A stretch of DNA of 64,000 bases from Macrostomum lignano (lineage: Eukaryota): positions 62,001 through 126,000 of the forward strand of contig NIVC01001401.1 in NCBI GenBank assembly GCA_002269645.1, read 5' to 3'. The notes below the pieces were generated by a model. That model did not search any database. It worked only from the letters and a program-made list of their open reading frames with translations, and was not told the origin of the DNA. Below are positions 36,205-47,700 of this stretch, in pieces. A program made the translations under genes and the position numbers. Numbering within the stretch: the stretch's first letter is position 1; each line of letters begins with the position of its first letter.

Positions 36205-36360
36205 CAGGCACTAGCCAATCAGAGAGCAAGGCATTAACCAATCAGAGAGCAAGGCACTAGCCAATCAGATGGCCAGGCAACTATCCAATCATAGAGCAAG
36301 GCACTAACCAATCAGAGAGCAAGGCACTAGCCAATCAGAGAGCAAGGCACTAGCCAATCA
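36205..36360. repeat. 22-bp repeat, each unit carrying a CCAAT box
   Basis: CCAATCAGAGAGCAAGGCACTA x ~7. Confidence 0.9.
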
Positions 36361-38326
36361 AATGCAAAGCCATCGAATATTGAATTGTATACCTGAGTAT
36401 TCCACTCTTCTCAGAGCAATCAATTTCAATTGGATATTTGTGTTTTTCAATTCCTATAAACTGTTTGTTTTTGTTTAATCTGCAGCTTTGTGTTTTCATG
36501 ACAGAAAAAGCCAACTTTATCAGATGGCTGGCATTGCATATTTTGGGTTTCATAACCATGTTGCCCAGTTTGTTCCTCTCCAGCTTATGGAGACATTTTG
36601 AGCACATCTCAGCTTAAATTTTGTTAGGCGCCACATTTTTGGCCCAATCGGTAATTGACCGCGAGTTCTCCGATCGAACAAAAATGACAAAGCAAAAAGA
36701 ATATTTGTACATATCTCTAGTGACTTCTTTAGTAAACTTTCACTAACTTATTAATGTACTCTCGCGTCTTGTGTGCCGTTTTTTGTTGTTCTTTTTTTGA
36801 AATTCCGCAATTATCATCAATACTACTGCAAGTAAGGCTAGGTAGTATTGATCTCTTTTTGTTCAGCGAGGCACTTTATGCGAGTTATTTATAATTATAA
36901 TATATACTATCGAGAGCTATACAGTGAAATGCAGAGCGCTGTCTGTTTCTTAATAGTATAGCTATTTATTTTAGGAAATCAGATCGAAGTGCATCGATTT
37001 TTTGTCTTATTGATGGCTTCGGCCTTTTTAAGCCTATAGCTTCGGGCCTCAGAACTCAGAAATGAATCACTTAAAGCTCTGGCCTCTCACTCCTGTCAGA
37101 TGGTCAGCCCCATGGTAGCTAGATTGTGGGTGAGCAGCAAGGTCCTATAGCTAGGAGAAGACAAGCAGGGAGAATTTGAAAAGTAGAGATTAGCTAACCC
37201 GCGGATTAATTAACTCGCTGCCACCAGTCCGTGCGCCCCGGCTCACCAAACCGGAGCTATCGAAATCGGACTTCCGACTAGAGGGGCACTGCACTTTCCT
37301 GCCATCTAGTGTCTTTTAGCTGTCTAAATCTCGAAGTCATAGCCGAATAGAAGGGACGCTGCTGGGACTAAGATCGCATTGGCCATGCAGGGACAGAGAG
37401 GACTTTTGCAGGGGGTTCTTGCGCTGGCGAGCCTTCATACACTACTAAATGTACTATTTCATTACCAAATTCCCAGAAGTACATGTAAAAGTACACGTAA
37501 CTGCACGCTTTTGACACTAAATGTGTTAACACGTCGACAGATAGCGATGATGTAGATGCATTGTCACTTTCGGAGATCGATAGACTAATATTTAACTTAC
37601 TTTAGCCGCTTAACTGCCTGTGACCGCGCCAAAGCGCCAGTCTGGCTCTTAATTTGCATGCTTAGCATAATGATTTCTTAGATTGTCTGATTGACTGGGA
37701 ACTGTGCCGCTTCCGGTCCACCGTGACCTCTGCCTCTAGATTTAGCCGCTCATCAAAAAGAAAGAAAACGCTAAGTCTTTAACTTCCAGATTTAACTTTC
37801 TCACTTAATCCGCAATCCTAAACACCTTAAATTGAGTCAGAGCGAATGCCTACTTTTAGTATTAGATACAACTTTTGCCTCGAGTTTGGCACACAAAAAG
37901 CAAGCAAGCAAAAGTGCAAATACTATCAGACTACCTAGGAAGGGGTCAGACAAAGGGCGCACCCAGTTTAGCAGGTCAAGATAGCCTCTCACCAAACCAA
38001 TCAGAGGACCTAACTGCCGGTAGCCAAGGGATCCGCAGAGACCGAAACGCTCGGATGGGATGCTGCTGCTGATCTTAACTGACGAGTGCCGCCGTTACTC
38101 TTCACTTGCCGGTTGCTGTTGCTGTTGCTGCTCTTTGTTCACGGCCGGGAAGTACTGGTGATGCCTCTCAAGGGGAGCTTAGCTGCTGAAGCCGAAACTG
38201 CCGGGGGAAGGGGGATCAGACGTCGAAGACGCAGCAGATGCCGAAGGAGCCATCTAAGACGGGGTTAGGACCGTGCAAAAAGGGAGGTCCAAGCAGGCCT
38301 TTACGAGCGCGGGTCGAGTTGCCGCC

Positions 38327-38460
38327 TTTTATAGCTCTCATGCGGCCGATTTGTTATAACGCGCGCCGAATTTTCTGATTGGCTGAGAGATTTTGTTAAA
38401 ATAGGCGCCGAATTTTCCGATTGGACGAGCCGGGGGCAGTCAGGTCGTCTCTGATTGGCT
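38327..38460 (-). promoter_or_regulatory. TATA box plus three CCAAT boxes, minus-strand orientation
   Basis: TATAAAA at 38333-38327; CCAAT (ATTGG on +) at 38378, 38420 and 38454; two of them lie in a direct repeat GCGCCGAATTTTCYGATTGG. Confidence 0.55.
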
Positions 38461-40321
38461 GAGCTCAAGACCCCAAAACCCACCCCACCAGGTGGCCTTC
38501 AGACCCCAGGGAAGTTGACAGGTGCGGTCATAAATCATGTGCAAAGCATAATAAAAGTCACTTGTCTAGACATCCTGGCGCCAAAAGTGACTGCAAAACG
38601 CACATAAATCAAAGGAGAAGGTAACAGAGCGAGTGGGGAGAAAGCTGGAAAGACCTCTTTGACCCAGACAGGCTGGAGCTAAAAGTGACAGCTAGACCGT
38701 CACAAATCACTAAAAATAGTGAAAAAGTCACAAATCAGGGGTCAGGATTCTAATTTTGGATTGTTTACGCATCTTTGAAGGTCAGACTGTCTGGGTCTGA
38801 GGCGGATTGACCTCTGACAGTCTAGACAGGAGACACTAAGTCTGGGAGGAATGTTTTTAATCTCATTCTAAGGTAAGTACATTGAGTATCTAACATAATT
38901 AATAGTAATGTCATAAGTTAGTATAGAACTCAGCCTAGATGAGAGAATAGAGAGAAAATCCTAAGCTAGCCTACTGACAGTAGGGGGAAAGCACATCGAA
39001 GCAAAATGTGCGGTTTTAAGATTGAAAAAAGATGCGTCCTCATCATTATTTTATTTACCTCAGAAACTCACTTTGCCAAATGGCCCGGGGTGCCATGAGA
39101 TACCGGCTAACCCCCACAATAATTGATAATTGGAGGGGGCTTCGTTGGGACCCTGGCGAAACGCCTTCGGCAATTCTCCCCATTCGGCTGACTCCTGAGC
39201 ACATTCAAGCAGGCACGCACTCGTACAAACGCTCACACTGGTTATACAGCGGGCCTGACTTTCTGACATTTTAATCGTTAGGAATGTACATTCTCTCTGT
39301 ACTTTGGGATTGGCCATTATGTGTTGCGAATCGCAAGATAACCCCCCGGTCAATATTTCGTGGCACACAAGCGTTAGCGCGAGAGTCAGACCTCGTTTAC
39401 CGTCTTGCATGGTTTTTGGAAGCTCCTAAGCTCTTGGCAGCTCTAAAGTGCATTGACGGCTTGAGAGTGACGCTGCTCTCCTATGTAAAAGCTTCCAGGA
39501 AAGTGAAAATCATACGCGAGTGGACATCTGCTCAACGCGTCTGAGACGGCGCAGACCTCGTTCGTACCATCATCTCGGAGTCAATATTTGTCAATCGAAG
39601 CATTAAGCTCCTTCCAATTGGCCCCGTCTTAACAGAAAGTGGCAGAGAAATCTTTTGCCAGATGTTGCAAATGAATTGAAACTAAATTCCTTGCTTCAGT
39701 GAGAATGCAAGCAATCGAAAATCAATCCTGGGTCAGTAATTCAGTTGATCGTTTGTAATGGTGCAGGTCTCACAACTCCCCTCGCCCTTCTTTCATTCAC
39801 ACACGCTGGCCCTACAGTCCTACACCAGCCTTTCTGCTATGTAAAAACAGTCTATGGTCAATCCTATATACTCATTAATCATTTTCTCTTCTAAAAAATC
39901 TACACCCTCTACTTAAATTAACAGTAGTTTACTGAAATGAATTTAAATTAATGTAGTTTATGTCGCCACTCGATTTAGGGGAGGTGTCAAAGTGAGTCAG
40001 CTGAGCAAAAATGCAGTGTCTTGATCCACTCATTTAAAATTGGAAAATTGGAAAAATCCTCAGTCGCTAGCAATGGTACCACTAATCTTTCTAGTAGTAT
40101 GAATAAGTAAGTAGGGGCACATTGAAGCAGTTTTTTTATTAATGACAAGCTGACAAGAATATTATTTATAATGAATTGGTTCTATTTTTTTGTTATTTTT
40201 TCATTTCTTGATGATAATCTACAGAAAATTACAAAAATTGTATTGTCATTTAGTATCGGGCACACAGACAACTAAAGTACAAAGATGCTATACACTCGCA
40301 AATTTGTAATTTTTTATTGGA

Positions 40322-41312
40322 GGTTCTCTCTCCCTCTGTCCAGCTCAGTCTTGTTATTCTTTATCTCTCTCCCTCTCTGTCCAGTTCAGTCTTATTATTC
40401 TTTATCTCTCTCCCTCTCTGTCCAGTTCAGTCTTATTATTCTTTATCTCTCTCCCTCTGTCCAGCTCAGTCTTGTTATTCTTTATCTCTCTCCCTCTGTC
40501 CAGTTCAGTCTTGTTATTCTTTATCTCTCTCCCTCTCTGTCCAGCTCAGTCTTATTATTCTTTATCTCTCTCCCTCTCTGTCCAGTTCAGTCTTATTATT
40601 CTTTATCTCTCTCCCTCTGTCCAGCTCAGTCTTGTTATTCTTATCTCTCTCCCTCTGTCCAGTTCAGTCTTGTTATTCTTATCTCTCTCCCTCTGTCCAG
40701 CTCAGTCTTGTTATTCTTTATCTCTCTCCCTCTGTCCAGTTCAGTCTTATTATTCTTTATCTCTCTCCCTCTGTCCAGTTCAGTCTTGTTATTCTTTATC
40801 TCTCTCACTCTGTCCAGTTCAGTCTTGTTATTCTTATCTCTCTCCCTCTGTCCAGTTCAGTCTTATTATTCTTATCTCTCTCCCTCTGTCCAGTTCAGTC
40901 TTGTTATTCTTTATCTCTCTCCCTCTGTCCAGCTCAGTCTTGTTATTCTTTATCTCTCTCCCTCTGTCCAGTTCAGTCTTATTATTCTTTATCTCTCTCC
41001 CTCTGTCCAGTTCAGTCTTGTTATTCTTTATCTCTCTCCCTCTGACCAGTTCAGTCTTGTTATTCTTTATCTCTCTCCCTCTGTCCAGTTCAGTCTTGTT
41101 ATTCTTTATCTCTCTCCCTCTGTCCAGTTCAGTCTTGTTATTCTTTATCTCTCTCACTCTGTCCAGTTCAGTCTTGTTATTCTTATCTCTCTCCCTCTCT
41201 GTCCAGTTCAGTCTTATTATTCTTTATCTCTCTCCCTCTGTCCAGTTCAGTCTTGTTATTCTTTATCTCTCTCACTCTGTCCAGTTCAGTCTTGTTATTC
41301 TTATCTCTCTCC
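40322..41312. repeat. ~39-bp pyrimidine-rich minisatellite
   Basis: CTCTCTCCCTCTGTCCAGTTCAGTCTTGTTATTCTTTAT. Confidence 0.95.
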
Positions 41313-41728
41313 TTCGCTGCTTTCTGATTGGCTCTTCAATCTCGCCTCTTTCCTCAGTCGCGCACTCCACCCCACCCTTTTCGTATCTACATTCCGCTCC
41401 CCCCCCCAATTGAATGTCTTATAATTGTACTTGTTTTGGGCCCGGATTTTCAAGAAACTTAATCTACCTTAAATAACTATAACAATGCATTAGCGAGATG
41501 TAGGTTTTCATTATTAGGGCTAAATTGACTGAGTTTTGTCCAAGCTGTGGTCAACAAAATATTACAAAAAAATCGAGTTTAAAAAATGGTTTTAGCAATA
41601 GGCGATCAAAGTATTGCTAGAAACCACAAAAGAAACATTTCGAATTTTGCAGCAAAAACCGGCAAAAAAATCGAACAATTTTTGAGTGCAGCGTCCTTCT
41701 CCAGCTGGTTGCTGGGACCAGCCAGCCT

Positions 41729-44700
41729 TCAGCCATCGTCCAGGAGTCCGATCTTTCTGCCGAACGATTTCACCTTGTCCTTGGCCTCCTCCTGCATCAG
41801 CTGGAAGCACATGGCGATCATGGCCAGGCCGAACAGCAGGTACAGGCCGCAGGTGATTGGCTTGGCCTCGTCAGTCCAGGACGACTCTTGCATGCCGGGC
41901 ACGAAGTCGCCCAGCCCGATGGTTGTCAGGGTGATGAACACGAAATAGACGGAGTCCATGAAGCCCCACTGCTCCCAGGAGTAGAACAGCACCGCCCCGG
42001 TCAGGATGTAGATGCAGAACACCGTCAGGGTCAGCCAGACCGGCACGCGGATTACTTCGCCGAGATCCTCGACGCTGCTGACTGGCGTCGAGGCGGCGTA
42101 GGAGCTGGCGGCCCGCCCGGCGGTTCCCACCGACGCCGGCGGTAGCACGCACAGGTCCAGCGTCTGCCCGGTGCTCGGGTCGGCCAGCTGGAAGATTCGT
42201 CGACGCGACATCATCGCTGGCGGCGATCCACCGTTGCCGCCCAGCGTCGCCTCCGCCGCCCCGTGTCGCCCGCCGGCCGTCGTAGCCGTCGACAGACCGC
42301 TCCGTCCGCTGCCGCCGCCGCCGCCGCGCCGGACTGTAGCGCCGCTACGGTTGCTCCGTCGGGACCGGTAGCGGCTGGAGATGGGCATGATCTCCGACAG
42401 CTGGTCAAAGGCGCGCACCCGGCCCCGCCGACTGCGACTGCTGATGGCCTCGTGATGGCGGGCCAGCCGGCGCATCCGACGTCTGCGCCACAGACGGAGG
42501 CAGCAGTGCTGGTAGCAGAGGCGAAACACGTCAGCCAGGAAGGAGCCGAGGTTGTGCAGGCATAGCAGCATCAGCGGGATGCCCACCATGGCGTAGAAGA
42601 TGGTGCACAGCCGGCCGGCAACCGTTTTGGGCGCCACGTGGCCGTAGCCTGCGATGGCAGCCAGTTTGGGACCAATTTTATACAATTAATTAAAATTTGC
42701 ACTACTTGTAGTAGCAATAGCCCTTTGTGTTTGAATGCGTCCGTAAGTAGTCCGTAAATAGTAAGAAATCTGCCATTCTGTTCCTTCAGTGTCCTTGAAT
42801 CTGCCTCTCCGCTCCCTCAGTGTCCTTGAATCTACCTCTCCGCTCCCTCAGTGTCCTTGAATCTGCCTCTCCGCTCCCTCAGTGTCCTTGAATCTGCCTC
42901 TCCGCTCCCTCAGTGTCCTTGAATCTGCCTCTCCGCTCCCTCAGTGTCCTTGAATCTACCTCTCCGCTCCCTCAGTGTCCTTGAATCTGCCTCTCCCTTC
43001 CCTCAGTGTCCTTGAATCTGCCTCTCCCTTCCCTCAGTGTCCTTGAATCTGCCTCTCCGCTCCCTCAGTGTCCTTGAATCGGCCTCTCCGCTCCCTCAGT
43101 GTCCTTGAATCTGCCTCTCCGCTCCCTCAGTGTCCTTGAATCTACCTCTCCGCTCCCTCAGTGTCCTTGAATCTGCCTCTCCCTTCCCTCAGTGTCCTTG
43201 AATCTACCTCTCCGCTCCCTCAGTGTCATTGAACTGAGTGCCCTTGAATCCTCCAATAACCAACTCGACCTGTTTCCTTTTCTTAGAAACAGTTTGAAAT
43301 TCGTGGCCCCTTCTCTCTCTGACCATTCAACCGTGAGCGAACCATGAGAGGCCAAAACTAGCGCAGAACACGGGTACTGCATGCTGGTTTTGCATCGGGA
43401 CGAGATTTGAAGGACAACGGCAAACTGCAGAACGCACAGCTCTGGTTTGTCCATGCCCCCCCCCCCCAATCCCGCTGGGATGCGGCCCCGCGCAACTTGG
43501 GTTTTACCGATAGTTGCACAGCTAGCCAGAATGTTGGCTTTCCTCTTAATTAAGATCGAATCCGTCTTGACTGTCGGACCTGTTTTCTTGGAATTGGCCA
43601 ATTTAGCTTGAAAATCTACGACTGAGGCCAGGACTAAACGATAACAGCAGTCCAAAATCCAATAGTAGAAAAACGGAGGGGGGCATTGTAGTGAATTTCT
43701 TAGAAATAAAATTCTCAGCAAGGACTACTCAAGTACAAGGACGGGAAATCTCGTTTCTTGGAAAAAAATTTTCCAAGAAAATCTTTTTTCAGCAGGAGGC
43801 AGACCCAATGTTCATCTTTTGATATGTTGTGCCTTTGTTATAGCTCTATTGATATTCATAAAGCTTAATGTTTTATTCTACGTACATTTGTACATGTCCT
43901 GTGCCTGAAATTCATTAAAATTGCATGGCTCGGCTCATTGGTTTTATGAATCTATTTTGTCATTCTTAGCTGACTGTGTAACAGTATTTGTAACAGAGAT
44001 GATAAAATGGATTCATGAAACCAAGGATTCGAGCTGTGCCATGCATTTTTACGCTCGTATGATTTATAGGCTCAATAGCCCTCGACAATTTAATCTCGCA
44101 ATTGGGAAGACTTTCAAACCAGAGGAGATATGGAAGAGACAGACACAGAGAAAGAGAAAAATGATGATCATAAAAGAACGGTGATCCGCCTCCCGAAGAG
44201 GTCATCAGTGTGAAGGCATGGCTGACCAATCTGGCTGGCACTGCAGGCAACTGAGCGAGGTAACTGCACTGATCGATACCATTTGCTTGGCTAAGTCTGT
44301 GCACAATCATCTGCAGTTTCGCTTCAGAAATCTTTAATTGAAAGCATACAGATTACACTGGGACCAATTTTTTTGGGGCTTACTCAGCTGGTTAACCGAT
44401 GCGAATTCAAAAATGGGATTTCCCCAATTGCTTGCAGGCAATTATTGCAGATTGTAATTGAAGTCCACTCTGCCGTGTGCAGGGTCATGATATAGGGTAT
44501 GGGCTCGTATTCTACACGCATTTCAGCTCGTGATGACACTTCCTAGGCAATAATATAGATGCATAGATTTATAGATGCATGGATATATAGATTGATATAG
44601 ATGTATAGATGCGCAACGCATCTGAAGGCTGCGTACGCCTGTTCACTCCAAGGACTGGGGAGGGGGGGGTCGCCACACACACCCTCAATTACCCCAGCTA

Positions 44701-47700
44701 ATGTCTTGCTCAAGGACACAAATTGTTCCGAGGTGGCTCGAGAATCGAACCCCCGACCTTTCAGTCGTGAGTCCGACGCTCACCCCTAGATAGATGCATA
44801 TACCTAGAAGTATAGATGCATGGATTGCATGGATACATAAACTCACAGACGCATAGATATGCCAGAAAGATCAGTTGAGACATCAGTGCCCTGGCAACCC
44901 ATAAAAATTTAATGATCGCTCTGATTAACACAGAAAACCGATTAGCCAAGTTAGACGTCCTGCGAATTGGATGCACAACTTCGGAGGGGGACAGCCAGAA
45001 CTCCCAGGATGAACGACATCGTCTCACAGCAAAAGTACACTATGCGCTCTTATTATAAACTTCCCACCGCCAATTCGCAAAGCAGGACTAGAAGAGAGAG
45101 GGGGAAATAAGAAGAGGAGAGACTAGATCACGGAGCCAGGAGAGTGGAGAGACTAGATCACGGAGCCAGGAGAGTGGAAAGACTAGATCACAGAGTCAGG
45201 AGAGTGGAAAGACTAAATCACGGAGCCAGAAGAGTGGAGAGACTAGATCACCGAGTCAGAATAGTTGAGAGATTAGATCACGGAGTAAGAAGAGTGGAGA
45301 GACTAGATCGCAGAGCGAGATGAGTAGAGAGACTAGATCACAGAGCGAGATGAGTAGAGAGACTAGAACACAGAGTCAGAAGAGTGGAGAGACTAGATCG
45401 CAGAGCGAGATGAGTAGAGAGACTAGATCACAGAGTCAGGAGTGTGGAGAGACTAGATCACAGAGTCAGGAGTGTGGAGAGACTAGAATCACGGAGTCAG
45501 AAGAGTGGAGAGATGAGATCACAGAGTCAGAAGCATGTATGGATACAAGTGGAAAATCAGTACATCAGCAATAGTCACAAGCGCCGCTCACCAATGGTAG
45601 TCACTATGGTGATGGCGTACAGCAGAGCGCCAGGAAAAGTCCAGATAGTCTGATTGACCCCCGGCTTGTCCTCGTCTGGCCGACTCCAGCCCCGCATGGC
45701 GTAGCTGTAAACAGACTCCTCCAGTTTCAGCGCCCAGGTACGCAAAGTGGCCGAATAATTGTACCTGGCCATCATAGTATTGGTGCCAACAGTGGAATAA
45801 TCTTTACCGCCTTTGATTTTCTCTAGCAGAACTCGATTGTTCTCCAACTCGAGGTGGGCAACGCTGGTGAAATTGTAGAGGCTGGCTTGCATCAATTCTA
45901 AAGAGGCCTGCACCTGCAGCACCTGGCGCCGGTAGGCGGTTGAATGATTGAACAGCTGGAACACCTCCTCTCGGATGCGAGCCTTGGCCGAGTTGACAGC
46001 CTGCCGAAGCTCCTTGCGGATGCCGAGCTGAGATCTGGATTTTTTATAGAAACTTTGATTGCTGAAGATGAAGCATTTTCGGATTTTCAGTTGTCTGTTA
46101 CTTATATATATATAGTAATTTTCTATTAATAATAAATGGACTATTGATCTAATAATCCGTTTTTTTACTCATCGATTCATTCAGTCTCGTTTTTTCATGA
46201 TCGATATTTTAATATTGATTTGTTAATATAGATTTTTTCTATCGATTTTTTAATCGATTTTATTGCTTATACGATGCTTATTCTCTTCTGTCTACGATTT
46301 AGGCTAGGGTTAGGGCTAAAGTTATGGTTAAGGTTAGGGTGTAGGTAAGAGTTTAGGTTAGGATTTAGGTTATAGGGTTTAGTTTAGGGTTTAGGTTAGG
46401 GTGTAGGTTAGCGTTTAGGTTATAGGGTTTAGGGTTAGGGTTTATTCTTGGGCAGTCAGTTTTCGCGGACCGGCTTACTTATCCAGCTGCTGTCGGATCC
46501 TGTGCACCATGTTAGTGTAGTCCTGCATGCTGCGACCGGTGCTGCCAGACCGGTTGCCACCCGGATGCCCAAACGGGCACGGCGGACAGCTGATGTTGGA
46601 CAGGAGGCTGCCGAGGACCCCCACCTGCGTCTCGATGCTGTCCTCATGCTGGGTGAAGTCCCCCTGAAGCTGGTGCAACAGCTGCGAATTTGCGTCGCCA
46701 ACTTCGCGCACGGCGTCGGCCAGTCGGAGCCGACTCGAACTCAGCATCTGGCTGATGTTGAGCAGCTTCTTGTAGGACTCATCTGCCATGTCTTCTAGAA
46801 CGTGAAACAACTGCTCAAAGTCCGACTTGAGCTCCTGGATCATCTCGACGACTGGTTGGGTCATGTTGCCGCTGTGGGGTTGGGCAGTTGTAGCTAGATG
46901 AGTAATCTACAGACTAGATAAGTAATATACAAGCTATATATGAGTAATCTACAAGCTATATATGAGTAATATACAAGCTATATATGAGTAATCTACAAGC
47001 TATATATGAGTAATCTACAAGCTATATATGAGTAATCTACAAGCTATAGATGAGTAATCAACAAGCTAGATGAGTAACATCCATAAATTTGGCCCAGAAA
47101 AACATTAACATGATTTCCTACCGCAATTAAAAGCAAGAATTTCTCTAATTGGTCGAGTTCAGTTAGTGCACTGCAATTACAGTGGATTAGCAATGAGGTC
47201 TTGAGCGCGCATTACCAAGACCTCCCACTGCTGATCCTACGAGCTCAAGTGCAATACTAAGCGCCGCATCAGTGAATTATTCATGTTCACTGAGACTCTC
47301 CTCTCTTCCTTTGTTTGCCGAAAATCTGCTTGAGTGCGAATCGAATTTTAGTTTGTTTTTCCGGCACCTCTACTCCATCCCCGTTCTCTGCCGCAACAGC
47401 TGCTGGGGTTACTCAGTTAATTATTAATCTGAGGTTCACCCCGCATGGCTGGCTAGGAGGAAAGAATACATTCCTGAGAAGCAGGGATCTTGCAACTGAT
47501 GGTATGAAAGGCCTGAATAGAGTGCGTGTTCAACTTTCGAAGTTCTTGATTTTTGTAAGCTTCTATCGATAGACAGGGTTGATTGTGTAGAGTCTGAGTT
47601 CTAGTCTCTTAGATCTAGTCTTTTAGATCTAGTCTCTCAGATCTAGTCTCTCAGATCTAGTCTCTCAGATCTAGTCTCTCAAATCTAGCCTCTCAGATCT

